Shown: piece by piece, positions 1 to 9,917 of the stretch
Numbering within the stretch: position 1 is the stretch's first letter
How the letters are laid out: each line of letters opens with the position of its first letter
Source: an uncultured Alphaproteobacteria bacterium
Lineage (GTDB): Bacteria > Pseudomonadota > Alphaproteobacteria > Rs-D84
Assembly (NCBI GenBank): GCA_947367055.1
Contig: CANBCI010000002.1
Span: 78,005 to 142,004 of the forward strand
Direction of reading: 5' to 3'
DNA length: 64,000 nucleotides
Notes under the pieces: model-generated
Databases searched by the model: none
The model's input: the letters and a program-made list of their open reading frames with translations, nothing else
What the model was told of the DNA's origin: nothing
Program-made: the position numbers and the translations under genes

Positions 1-6
1 CGAGGT

Positions 7-897
7 TTGGTTTTGAAGAAAATATCTTTATTGATGTTGGCGGTTGTTTTTGTGCCGGGTGTCGCGACGGCCGCGTCAACGGACAGTGAATTGTATTTAT
101 CTATCCGGCGAATTGGTTTGGAAATGTCGCGTACCCAGATTCAGAACGCGGCCGAATACGCCGATTCGCCCGTTCAGGCATTAAGCGCCGACAGCCAGGA
201 TTTCATCAAAGGCGTTTTTGACACCGTTTTGGAATATAAAAAAGACAAATTGCATTGGGACAACGGTTTGTTTATGGAGTATGGCAAAACAACCTTGAAA
301 CCGTATGACGAGCCGTCAACATCGAATGAAAACGCGGATAAGATATTATTTTCCAGTGATATGTCGTGGGCATGCTGGGAATTTGGCGGATTTAAGTTTG
401 GCCCAACGTTGCGTGGCGCGTATGATACGGAATTTGTCGCAAACGGTGATGTCCCGCGTCAAAATATAGTCCGTGCCAGCGGCGGTTTGTCATTGTTCGA
501 GCATCCGATTATCAAAAGTTTGTATTTGACCGGACTGTATGAATACGATTTCACATATTCCGGCGACAAGACAAATAAGACCGGTGCGGAATTGGGGTGG
601 CGTTTTGAATATGAACTGCGGCCCGGTATAAAATTTCATTCAAATGGATACTATCGCGAATATTTTTCTTATTCCGGTTATGTGCCGACTGACTTGCAAC
701 GCGATTTAAGTGCGGTTGCGCGCATGGACACAAAGTTATGGGGTGATTTTTATTTCGGACCGTATGTGCAATACCGCCTGGCCAAGGCGCGCGGTGTCGA
801 TGTGTACGGCAGCAATCTTATCTATGGTTTGTCGTTTAATTATGTTATGAAATTTGGCTTAATCACGCCGCACCCGGACGATTCCGACGACGTATAA
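7..897 (+). CDS. outer-membrane beta-barrel protein (hypothetical), signal peptide
   Basis: N-terminal signal peptide MVLKKISLLMLAVVFVPGVATAAS; alternating aromatic/Gly-rich beta-strand pattern; C-terminal aromatic-rich segment typical of OMP barrels. Confidence 0.5.
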   Translation: MVLKKISLLMLAVVFVPGVATAASTDSELYLSIRRIGLEMSRTQIQNAAEYADSPVQALSADSQDFIKGVFDTVLEYKKDKLHWDNGLFMEYGKTTLKPYDEPSTSNENADKILFSSDMSWACWEFGGFKFGPTLRGAYDTEFVANGDVPRQNIVRASGGLSLFEHPIIKSLYLTGLYEYDFTYSGDKTNKTGAELGWRFEYELRPGIKFHSNGYYREYFSYSGYVPTDLQRDLSAVARMDTKLWGDFYFGPYVQYRLAKARGVDVYGSNLIYGLSFNYVMKFGLITPHPDDSDDV

Positions 898-921
898 CCT
901 GTGCCGCGATTTTTGCGGCAT

Positions 922-3372
922 TTATTTTATAATTGTAAAATCCGAACTGCCGCCCATTCCCAATTCGTCGGCGACACGCACCGTATGTTCGCCCATTGGT
1001 ACATTGTGACGAAATACTTCGCCGGACTTTGTTGTTCCGATTAACTCGTCGCCCAGGAACCAGAATATTTTTGCCTGGGGATTATCCGACACCGCCTGGA
1101 ATGTGACCAGGGTAAAATCCGCGTTTGATGTTATGACGAATTTCATCCCGTCCGCGGGGGCGGTTATGACCGGCGCGTTGCGCGATTGAATAATATCGTT
1201 CAGGTCGCATCCCGGCACAAACGGCGGCGGTGTGTTTCGTCGTGCGCCGGCGCGACGGAACATGTCCAAATATTCCGCATCCCAAAATTCATATATTTCC
1301 ATATGGGTTGTTTGCGGGTCGTTGTTGCATGCGCGCCGCCCGGTTTTGTTGTCAATCGGCACCGCCCGATAAACGGACGCGGTGTCAATCGGCGATACGC
1401 CCGGAATAAAATATGCCGGCACCGCGTGCGGACAATATGGCCCCGCGATTCCGCCCACGCCTTCGCACATTTCGATTTGTGAAATGTTCATGTCTTCGCG
1501 CAGAAAATTGGGGTTCTTTATTGGTGTGTTATGCGCCTTCATGTATTGCGCGATGGCGTCGGCCATGGCAAAGTATATCGGTGCGGCGACGCGTGCACCG
1601 CTAAATGCGTTGTTGGGCGTGCCGTCAAAATTTCCGACCCACACAATTAAAACATAGTCCCCGAATATGCCGGCCGTCCAGGCGTCGCGAAACGAAGATG
1701 ATGTGCCTGTTTTCCAATAATGCCGTATCGGTGTCGTTCGGTTTTTGGCAAATGGAATGTTTTTTTGCGGTGGCGACGCCCGCCCCAGCATATCCAGGGT
1801 TAGAAAAAAAGCCTCTGGCGACAGCAGTTGGACGCCATTGTCATCCGGGCCGGCCATGCGCGTTTTTATTTCGCGCCGCACCCCCAGGTTTGCCATTGTC
1901 GCATATATTCCGGCCAATTCAAACATTGATACTTCTGCGCCACCCAGTGCAATGGATATTCCGTAATGTTCGGCCGGCAGCAGATTTGAAACCCCGCAGT
2001 CGGACAGCAGTTTGTAAAAATTTCTGAATCCGATTTTCTGTGTCAGATTTATTGCCGGGATGTTTCTGGAATGCGTCAGTGCGTCCCGCGCCAGTACCGG
2101 ACCGTAAAATTCCCCGTCTGCATTTTCCGGCGCATAAACACCGAAATTTATTTTTGCATCCTTTAACAGCGTCATGCCATGAATAAATCCGCGGTCAACG
2201 GCAGACGCATAAATCAACGGCTTTAAGGTGGATCCGGGGCTGCGCCGTGCGCGGACGCCGTCGTTTTCACCGTATATGGACTTGTCAAAATAATTTGCCG
2301 ACCCGATATAGGCAACGGTTTCCATTGTTTTATAATTGACCAAAATTGCCGCCGCGTTTTGTATCCCCAGATTTTTTCGGCGCGCAATTTGTGATGAAAG
2401 GGCGACCTCTAACGCTCGTTGCAGATTCAAGTCAATTGTCGTATTTATTTTTGTCCCACCCGCGTTGCCAGATTTGTTCCAATAATTGTCGCGGGCGATT
2501 TCGCGGTCAACAAAATGCGGCGCGAAAAACGGCAGGTCGCGCGTCCCGTGCGCCATTATCGGCATTTGCGCCAATGTTTCCAGATTCTGTTGCGTATTTT
2601 TGTCGCCACCCCATTTGCCGACCAAGCCGGTCCGTATATTTGTCATATTGGCGATGCCGGTGCGCGTATTCAATCCCCGTTTTACCGGATTTTGCGGTAT
2701 TGTCGCCAATGTTATCGATTCAATCGTGGACAGTTTTTCCGCGCCTTTTTGAAAATATATGTTTGATGCGGCGGCAATGCCTTCTATATTGCCGCCGTAT
2801 GGCGCCATGTTCAAATATGCTTCTAATATTTCGCGTTTTGAATGAAATGCGTCAATATAAATTGCCGCGGCAATTTGTATAAGTTTTCCGGTTGGTTTTT
2901 TTGTGTCCAAACCGTATTTCATGCGTGCCACCTGCATGGTTATGGTTGACGCGCCGGCGGGGTGGGGCGCGCCGCCAAAGTATGCGGCGGCGGATTTTAT
3001 CAGTGATACCGGGTTGACGCCGGGATGAATATAGAAATATTTGTCTTCGTATAATATTGTTGCGCGTCGTGCTGATTTTGCGATTTTGTCCAGGGGCACA
3101 AACATTCTGTACTTGTCATCCGCAGATAGTGTAAGGCGCAATAATTCACCATTTCGGTCATAGTATGCGTGTGAAAAATCAATGCCGCTTATCAGCGGTG
3201 GCGTAAAAAACACGCGTATAATGACATAACACGCAAAAATAAATGCCGCCGCCATGCAAAAAAACCGATGGCGACGATAAAACGCCACCACGGTTTTTTT
3301 TATGTTTTTGGCAATATTTCTAATTCGTTGCATTTGACACCGAAAGTGTTTCGCCCGTTTTTCCGGTTGCAT
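922..3372 (-). CDS. pbpC: penicillin-binding protein 1C (bifunctional transglycosylase/transpeptidase)
   Basis: Glycosyltransferase-51 motif region (RRATILYEDKYFYIHPGVNP), transpeptidase SxxK (STLKP), SRN and KTGT motifs, N-terminal membrane anchor. True start may be the internal Met near 3333. Overlaps the upstream alpha-2-macroglobulin gene, the classic yfhM-pbpC arrangement. Confidence 0.8.
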   Translation of the reverse strand: MQPEKRAKHFRCQMQRIRNIAKNIKKTVVAFYRRHRFFCMAAAFIFACYVIIRVFFTPPLISGIDFSHAYYDRNGELLRLTLSADDKYRMFVPLDKIAKSARRATILYEDKYFYIHPGVNPVSLIKSAAAYFGGAPHPAGASTITMQVARMKYGLDTKKPTGKLIQIAAAIYIDAFHSKREILEAYLNMAPYGGNIEGIAAASNIYFQKGAEKLSTIESITLATIPQNPVKRGLNTRTGIANMTNIRTGLVGKWGGDKNTQQNLETLAQMPIMAHGTRDLPFFAPHFVDREIARDNYWNKSGNAGGTKINTTIDLNLQRALEVALSSQIARRKNLGIQNAAAILVNYKTMETVAYIGSANYFDKSIYGENDGVRARRSPGSTLKPLIYASAVDRGFIHGMTLLKDAKINFGVYAPENADGEFYGPVLARDALTHSRNIPAINLTQKIGFRNFYKLLSDCGVSNLLPAEHYGISIALGGAEVSMFELAGIYATMANLGVRREIKTRMAGPDDNGVQLLSPEAFFLTLDMLGRASPPQKNIPFAKNRTTPIRHYWKTGTSSSFRDAWTAGIFGDYVLIVWVGNFDGTPNNAFSGARVAAPIYFAMADAIAQYMKAHNTPIKNPNFLREDMNISQIEMCEGVGGIAGPYCPHAVPAYFIPGVSPIDTASVYRAVPIDNKTGRRACNNDPQTTHMEIYEFWDAEYLDMFRRAGARRNTPPPFVPGCDLNDIIQSRNAPVITAPADGMKFVITSNADFTLVTFQAVSDNPQAKIFWFLGDELIGTTKSGEVFRHNVPMGEHTVRVADELGMGGSSDFTIIK

Positions 3373-6300
3373 TTATTGCCGGATTGTACATTGATGCGGC
3401 ATGAATTGGCGGAATTGCAAATTGCCCCGCCGCCGTCAATTGCGCGGTGTATGTTATTTCACGCGGTGCGCGTGTGGCCGTCATGAATATCAGAACGCGG
3501 TCTTCGCGGATTTCATAAAAGTCGACATCACCCGACATTTCCAGCGGCGTCAGTCCCCCGGGCAGCAAATCCGTTATAACAACATTTGGCACAATTTCCG
3601 CCCCGCCGCGTGCCCGAACGGATATTTTTACCGTTATCATGTCGCCGATTGCACCGTGTGTCACGCGGTTGCCCGCCGCGTCAAAGTATTCGCGCACTAT
3701 TTCCAGCCCGTTTTCCGCACTGCGCGCGGCGCGTGGGAATCCGCTTTGGATAATGGTGTAGAACAATTGCAAATCCCGTGCGCATTTGTCGCATTTGATT
3801 TCAATTTTTTCGGTGCCGTGCGGAATCTGTGCCGTCAGTGTGCCGGATGCCGTATTTGTGCCAATCGGGGCCCCATTTGCAAAGACCGTGATGCCGGTTA
3901 TGTCATTTTTGTCGTACCGGCCGCCCGACAACCCCATAATCGCCATTGCGGATGTGAACGGTGTAAATTCCCCGCTGTTGATATATTCGCGTATGGAATC
4001 AATATCAAATGCGTTTGCACCAAAATATTTGCGCGACAGGTATGAATATATCGCGTCATTTGCGGCACTGGTGCTGAACGGGCCGTAATATTCAAAGCGA
4101 CGATGTCCTGTTTGTTCATATTTTGCAAATAATTTGTCTGCATGGGCGTCTTGCTTTAACATTTTATAACTGGCGGCGATGTATGCGCCCATCAGTTTTG
4201 ATTCCCAGTTTTTAATGTTTTTATTTGCGTATTCTTCAAAAGAATCAATATACCCGGTCGTCACATATTCGTTTCGCGTAATAACATAAATCGCGAAGGC
4301 CTTGGTGGCGGCATCTGACTCATTGCGAATATTTTCGCCCGCATACCCGCGCAGGTAGTCAATCGCCCGCGACAACATGTTTTTTGGCACGTTGAAACCG
4401 TTTTCACGCGCCATTGTCAGGAACTGTGCCGCATATGCCGTGATGTATGCGCCCGTTTCGTCCGGCGCAAAATTTCCGCCCGGCCACATGTTAAACGAAC
4501 CGTTCGGGTTTTGACGATTTTGCAGTTCATTTATAAATTTTGAAATTTGTTCCGCAGATTGGGCGTGCGTTGTTCCCAATATCGCATCATCATCCGCCAG
4601 CGCATAAGGCATAGCACGCGACACCAATTGTTCGGAACAATTGTAATCATATGTTTTCAAATATTCAAACAATGGCCGCATCAGCACGGACGCATTCGCC
4701 GAAATAAGCAATTGAACACTTTCTTTGTCGGCGTACATATCGCGGGCAAACTTTTTTATCGTTTCCGATTTTGATTTCAGCATGCCTGTTTTTACATTTG
4801 TTTCAAATGTGGTAATCGGCCGTATTGAAAGGGTTGCGTCACTGGTGCGCGTGGCCAATTGTTTTCCGTTTTTCATGACGCGCGCGGTCACGGATATTGC
4901 ACTGCCACCAAGCGTATCGCCCACATTCGCGCCGAATGTCCACAGTTTTTCAGCGCCCTGGGGGACCGACAGTTCGGTGGATGCGGCACCGTTAATTGAT
5001 ATTGGGGCCGCCGCGTGCGCCGTGGCATTCACCATTGCGTCGGTGCCGCTGCGCTCTGTCATATTTGATATGACGGCGTTGACTTCGAATTTGTCGCCGG
5101 GTGCGGCCTTGGTCGGTGCGGCCAGTGATATTATCACCGGTGACTGAACAAGGGTTTCGGTTTCCGCAGCGCCCATGGACGAATCGTTTGCCGCCACGGC
5201 GAACACGGTTATTGCGCCGTTGAAATATTCCGGAATGTCAAATTCAACCGTGCCTGGCTTATTTGCGGTTGTGTCTATTATTCCCGAATAGAATGCAACG
5301 GGTGCATTTATGCGCCGCCCGAACGGATTTGTTAGTGGCGCACCCAATTCGCCGGCGTCCCCGTCGTAATCGCCGCCACCGGTCCGGGCAAATTCGCGCA
5401 GTACTTTGTATTCCGGCAACAACAGGGATAGAATTTGATATGTTTCAACCTGCAGGGCGGCCTTTTGGAAAAAGTGCGCGATTGGGTTCGGTGTTTTGTA
5501 TTTCGCAACCTGTAAAATACCGGTGTTAATTGCAAAAATCATCATGCGTGCGGACTTGTTCGTTTCATATTTTATTACAAGTTTGTTGTCGCGTACCACA
5601 TCCGGCGCCGACAGTTTGATTGAAATATTCCGCTTGGATACATTTGCGCGGAACGGCGCCACCGCGTACGCATAGGGGATTGTGAAAACATCCCGGCTGT
5701 TTATGTCGCGAACGAATGAAACATTGATGTATCCGGTGCCCTCAAAGTTGGCGGGAACTTTAATCTTTTGACTGGTATGTGTGCCATTGGCGCGGAACCA
5801 TTTATATGCGTACACACGGTCGCGTTCAATCGTTATCAGGCCTGCGCCCGCGTATGGCGCGGTTATATCAACCGTGATTTCATCGCCCGCGTTATAATCC
5901 GCCGCGTTTAATTTTAATTCCAGTTCTGCGGATTTGTCGGCCGTTAATGCGTTGTTTTCGGTGCCTGCAACGAAATATTCTATGTTGGCCAAAATATTTT
6001 CGTCCGCGTCCAGAATCTGCAGGAAATAAGTGCCGGAATTTTTCGTGTCCAAATCTATTTTCGCGCCGTCTTTTTTGATGTCAAATCCAGTCTGGGATAT
6101 GATGCGGTCACGGGTGACGGTTTGATATTTGTAATACCCGCTGTAATCCTTTACCAAACTGGTCAGATTTTCGCGTCGTATCAGTTTTTTTGTCAGACCA
6201 TTTGCCGCGACCGGTGTCGCGGTCGCGTCCAGCGCAACAAGATTGACCCGACGCGCGGCATTCTTGCTTATGTATGACAAGTCTGAATCCGCGTGGAATC

Positions 6301-9055
6301 CGACCAGATATTTTGCGGCCGAAACCCGTGTTGAAATCGTGGTGCGCACACTGTTGCCGTTTTCACCGTTGCCGCCACGCACCGTCAGATTTAATACATA
6401 TGTTCCATTGCCGATGTTGCCGTCAAAATTTACAGGTATATTGGCCATTCCATTTTCATCCGTGTACACGTCGGGTAAATCAAGTGTGATTTGCTGCGGG
6501 CGTGCCATGCTGTTTTCAGACAATCCCGTTCCGGATATAAAGTTTTCTGTAAAGCGGTATCCCTTGTATTTATCAAATGAAAATGTCACCGGGGTTAAAA
6601 CCGCGTGTGCGGATATTACGCGGTCGGCGGCCGGTGTCCCAAACATGTTGCGCAATGATACATTTGCGGTGATTTGGTCTGGGGAAATCCAGCCCTCATC
6701 GCGGGCGTCGGATATTTTTGCCGTTATTTTCAGATTGTCCGGAACAAATTCTTCGACCCGGAAATTGGTGGTTCCCAATATATCCTGGGGCTTGTTCTTG
6801 GTGTTTAGTGAATAAATGCGCACCGTGTAATCACCGATTGGCGCAGTGGCTGAAATGTCATATTTTACATCAAACATTCCGTCGGCGACGAGTGAAAACG
6901 TGCGTTCCAAAATCGTTCGGCCGCGCGCGTCGTCCATTTCCAGTTTTACCGGTACGCCGTCCAGTTCCGCAAACGATTTGTTTTTAACAATGCCGCCGAT
7001 AATCATGTTTTCACCGGGGCGGTATATGCCGCGGTCCGTGAATATATATGCGTTCATTGGAACCGCGCTGGATGAATATGCGCCGTCGGTTTCAAATTTT
7101 GAATATTCTACGCGCGTATCAAATGTGCCGTCATACGGAATGAATGAAACATCGTTCCCGCGACGCGCGACAAATGCGACGGGTTCGCGTGCGTTTTTAT
7201 ATTCAGACCATGCAAATCGTGGTATGGCGACGCGCCCGTCCGTGTCGGTTTTACCGGTCCAAATCGGATTGCCGTTTCGGCCCAAGACAGATATTTCAAC
7301 GGCGGATTCTGGTGTGCCGGCCGATAAACTGGATACAAACAGTACCGATGAACCGTCATTGTTTATTTTTCTTATTATACCCAAATCCGTCAGCAGGATC
7401 AGGCGCCGGTCGCTGTAATCTGCGTTTGAGCGGGTGCTGCCGGTTTGGACGATAAATATTCCGGTTTTATCGGCCCCGGTCTTGTCCAGATAGTCGCCCA
7501 AATCGATCGACGCATAGTTTGTCCGCTTTACGGATGCGTTTGCGAACGGCACGGTTTTTTGAAACACGACCGACATGTCATATGCGCCGAACGCCCACGA
7601 TTTGAAATCCATTGATTGCGAAAATACATTATATGTCTGCGATATAAGGTGGTTTATTTCCGACGCCTTGACTTTGTATAAATTTACATACGCGTTTTTT
7701 ACGCCCCCGCGCGCCATGATTCCAAGTTTTCTGTCCCCGCCCAGCGACAGCAATGCACCATCGCCCGCAATTTTTACGCTTTTTTCCGGATAGGGTACGC
7801 GCATCACGCGTGCGGCGGAATTTTTCAAATCAAATCCGCCCGCAGATTTTATCCCGTCGTGCACATTGACATAAATATAGCGTTCATCGCCGTCACCCGC
7901 ATCATATGCAAACGCATATTGGTATATTCCGTTTGGTGCGGCAAAGTTTATTGCATCCAATGTCAGTTTTTTTGATTTCGCGATGACGGCGTCCGTCACT
8001 TCGTCCATTTCCCATTTGTGTGTGCGCGTCTTGTCGTCGCCGTTATATTTGGGCAACAGGTATGCGTCAACATTTTTCGTCCATTGTGTGACGCGTGATG
8101 CGCCCGCCGTTGTCGTAATCAAAATCAATTGCTGGGCATTGCCGTCGTTGTCATCGGCCGCGATTGTTTGAATGTCTGAAACCCGAAAAAAATTATCAGC
8201 CGGTTCAATTGTGACCTTGGCATTGGCGGGTTTGGTTGTTGCCGTGCCGGCCGCGGCCGGTATGCGTCCGATTTTCATGCGTACGGTCTGTACGGAATCG
8301 GTAATATCAATCGGGCGGGTTGTTATGACGGCGGTGCGGTCAAATTTATCGAATTTTGCCGAAAAATCGATTTTCTTGCCATCCAGTTCCATTGAAAGCC
8401 GTGAATCAAAATTATCCGTATTGACCGAATAATTAAATGATATAACGGCGGCCGCAATTACTTTTTTGGGCGCCGCGCCGTCCGGGTAAATGTTAAAACT
8501 GTCAATCTTGGCGGTTATGTCGGGCGTTGTAAAAGAAATCCGCCGCATGTCCGGTTTGACATCGTCGTTGAATAAATTCTTGGCAATCTTTACCGTGAAC
8601 TTGGTATCCGCCGGCCAGTTTATATCCGGCGCAAATGATATTGCTCCGCCATAGACGGACCATTTCCCCTTTATAAACGGCGTGATTTTTATTCCGCGCG
8701 CAATATCCGCATCCGTCAGATTCATTTTGAACGCCGGAGTATAGGAACCGTCGGTCGCATAAGATATATATAGTTGTCGGATTGGGTTTAATTCGCGGTT
8801 GTTGTTGACGGCCGGGACATTTGCATCACCGGTCAGTATTGTTGCGTTGTCATCCCGGAATGTGGAAAAAGTTGGCGCGTCCACAGATGCGTGCAGGGAT
8901 GCCCGGGTTGCGTTTGTTTTATACCATGCAACGCCACCACCCAGGGCCAGCAGCGCCATAACCGCGGCGGCGACAAATATTGCCATGCGGCGACGCGTTT
9001 TGATTTGCCCGTTTTTATTTTTTTTGACTTTCTTTTTAACTGAATCGTGTTTCAT
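3320..9055 (-). CDS. bacterial alpha-2-macroglobulin family protein (YfhM-like), thioester-containing
   Basis: 1911 aa, N-terminal signal/anchor, CxEQ thioester motif (NCSEQ), many Ig-like/MG domain repeats; immediately upstream of pbpC. Confidence 0.8.
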   Translation of the reverse strand: MKHDSVKKKVKKNKNGQIKTRRRMAIFVAAAVMALLALGGGVAWYKTNATRASLHASVDAPTFSTFRDDNATILTGDANVPAVNNNRELNPIRQLYISYATDGSYTPAFKMNLTDADIARGIKITPFIKGKWSVYGGAISFAPDINWPADTKFTVKIAKNLFNDDVKPDMRRISFTTPDITAKIDSFNIYPDGAAPKKVIAAAVISFNYSVNTDNFDSRLSMELDGKKIDFSAKFDKFDRTAVITTRPIDITDSVQTVRMKIGRIPAAAGTATTKPANAKVTIEPADNFFRVSDIQTIAADDNDGNAQQLILITTTAGASRVTQWTKNVDAYLLPKYNGDDKTRTHKWEMDEVTDAVIAKSKKLTLDAINFAAPNGIYQYAFAYDAGDGDERYIYVNVHDGIKSAGGFDLKNSAARVMRVPYPEKSVKIAGDGALLSLGGDRKLGIMARGGVKNAYVNLYKVKASEINHLISQTYNVFSQSMDFKSWAFGAYDMSVVFQKTVPFANASVKRTNYASIDLGDYLDKTGADKTGIFIVQTGSTRSNADYSDRRLILLTDLGIIRKINNDGSSVLFVSSLSAGTPESAVEISVLGRNGNPIWTGKTDTDGRVAIPRFAWSEYKNAREPVAFVARRGNDVSFIPYDGTFDTRVEYSKFETDGAYSSSAVPMNAYIFTDRGIYRPGENMIIGGIVKNKSFAELDGVPVKLEMDDARGRTILERTFSLVADGMFDVKYDISATAPIGDYTVRIYSLNTKNKPQDILGTTNFRVEEFVPDNLKITAKISDARDEGWISPDQITANVSLRNMFGTPAADRVISAHAVLTPVTFSFDKYKGYRFTENFISGTGLSENSMARPQQITLDLPDVYTDENGMANIPVNFDGNIGNGTYVLNLTVRGGNGENGNSVRTTISTRVSAAKYLVGFHADSDLSYISKNAARRVNLVALDATATPVAANGLTKKLIRRENLTSLVKDYSGYYKYQTVTRDRIISQTGFDIKKDGAKIDLDTKNSGTYFLQILDADENILANIEYFVAGTENNALTADKSAELELKLNAADYNAGDEITVDITAPYAGAGLITIERDRVYAYKWFRANGTHTSQKIKVPANFEGTGYINVSFVRDINSRDVFTIPYAYAVAPFRANVSKRNISIKLSAPDVVRDNKLVIKYETNKSARMMIFAINTGILQVAKYKTPNPIAHFFQKAALQVETYQILSLLLPEYKVLREFARTGGGDYDGDAGELGAPLTNPFGRRINAPVAFYSGIIDTTANKPGTVEFDIPEYFNGAITVFAVAANDSSMGAAETETLVQSPVIISLAAPTKAAPGDKFEVNAVISNMTERSGTDAMVNATAHAAAPISINGAASTELSVPQGAEKLWTFGANVGDTLGGSAISVTARVMKNGKQLATRTSDATLSIRPITTFETNVKTGMLKSKSETIKKFARDMYADKESVQLLISANASVLMRPLFEYLKTYDYNCSEQLVSRAMPYALADDDAILGTTHAQSAEQISKFINELQNRQNPNGSFNMWPGGNFAPDETGAYITAYAAQFLTMARENGFNVPKNMLSRAIDYLRGYAGENIRNESDAATKAFAIYVITRNEYVTTGYIDSFEEYANKNIKNWESKLMGAYIAASYKMLKQDAHADKLFAKYEQTGHRRFEYYGPFSTSAANDAIYSYLSRKYFGANAFDIDSIREYINSGEFTPFTSAMAIMGLSGGRYDKNDITGITVFANGAPIGTNTASGTLTAQIPHGTEKIEIKCDKCARDLQLFYTIIQSGFPRAARSAENGLEIVREYFDAAGNRVTHGAIGDMITVKISVRARGGAEIVPNVVITDLLPGGLTPLEMSGDVDFYEIREDRVLIFMTATRAPREITYTAQLTAAGQFAIPPIHAASMYNPAINATGKTGETLSVSNATN

Positions 9056-9139
9056 AAATTCAAGCCTTCCTTTGTATCAAATACATATTAGAAAGCATAC
9101 AATTCAAAAACAAGCATTTATTTAGTTAAGGAGCAAAAA

Positions 9140-9757
9140 GTGGTTTATGGGTATATCCGGGTGTCGACCGACCACCAGACGACGGAAAACCAGCGGTTTG
9201 AAATTCAGAAATTTTGTGAAAAGCACGATTTGGTCATAGATTGCTGGATAGAGGAAACAATTTCTTCGACCAAGGATTTGAACAAGAGAAAACTGGGGCG
9301 ATTGCTGCGCCGTATAAAAAAGGATGATTTGATAATCGCGTCGGAGTTATCGCGCTTGGGGCGAAATCTGTTGCAGATTATGAGCATTTTGCATCATTGC
9401 ATGGATATTGGGGCCCGAATTTGGACGATAAAGGATAACTATCGCCTGGGGGCCGACATCACCAGCAAGGTTTTGGCGTTTGCCTTTGGCTTGTCCGCGG
9501 AAATCGAACGCAATTTAATTTCACAGCGAACAAAAGAGGCCTTGGCCCGTGTCAAGGCCGAAGGTGGCCGCATAGGTCGTCCGATTGGCAGCAGTAATAT
9601 TCGAAAACTGTACGGGCGCGAACAATATATCGCAAAAAAATTGCGTGCCGGCCGCAGTCGCCATGACATCGCCCGGGCTTTGCGTGTTCACCGCAATACT
9701 TTGGCCCGCTTTATTGAAGAAAACGGCATTGGTATTCAAGATGGCGAAGATTTTTGA
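9140..9757 (+). CDS. serine recombinase (resolvase/DNA invertase family) with C-terminal HTH
   Basis: GTG start with AAGGAG RBS; N-terminal catalytic motif YIRVSTDHQ (Ser nucleophile), C-terminal HTH (RSRHDIARALRVHRNTLARFI); 205 aa, typical of Hin/Gin/TnpR-size proteins. Confidence 0.7.
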   Translation: MVYGYIRVSTDHQTTENQRFEIQKFCEKHDLVIDCWIEETISSTKDLNKRKLGRLLRRIKKDDLIIASELSRLGRNLLQIMSILHHCMDIGARIWTIKDNYRLGADITSKVLAFAFGLSAEIERNLISQRTKEALARVKAEGGRIGRPIGSSNIRKLYGREQYIAKKLRAGRSRHDIARALRVHRNTLARFIEENGIGIQDGEDF

Positions 9758-9775
9758 CAAAACATTAAAAAACAC

Positions 9776-9804
9776 TTGCTTTTGGGCGCGGTTTGGTCTA
9801 TTAT
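9776..9804 (+). promoter_or_regulatory. sigma70-like promoter for rpsB-tsf (TTGCTT -17- TATTAT)
   Basis: -35 TTGCTT at 9776-9781, 17-nt spacer, -10 TATTAT at 9799-9804, about 110 nt upstream of the rpsB ATG. Confidence 0.5.
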
Positions 9805-9917
9805 CGGGCTACGCGCGCTGCGCGAAGAACACAACCGTTGGGACGATATTTCTGTCCGGAATGAAAAACCGGTCTTTCCCCCACGGCGAGGATAACAACA
9901 GAAAAAAGGATAAAATC

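Noticed and set aside
3401-4045. 214-aa plus-strand ORF inside the alpha-2-macroglobulin gene
   Set aside because: Antisense shadow ORF; Cys/Arg-rich nonsense composition.
9585-9917. Long N-terminal extension of the rpsB ORF (ORF-track start 9585)
   Set aside because: The extension overlaps the serine recombinase gene in another frame and lacks an RBS. The canonical S2 N-terminus MALPTF with RBS begins at 9918.
9056-9917. Inverted repeats (hix/gix-like) flanking the serine recombinase that would indicate an invertible segment
   Set aside because: None could be recognised by eye in the flanking 100-150 bp. Left as an open question rather than a feature.
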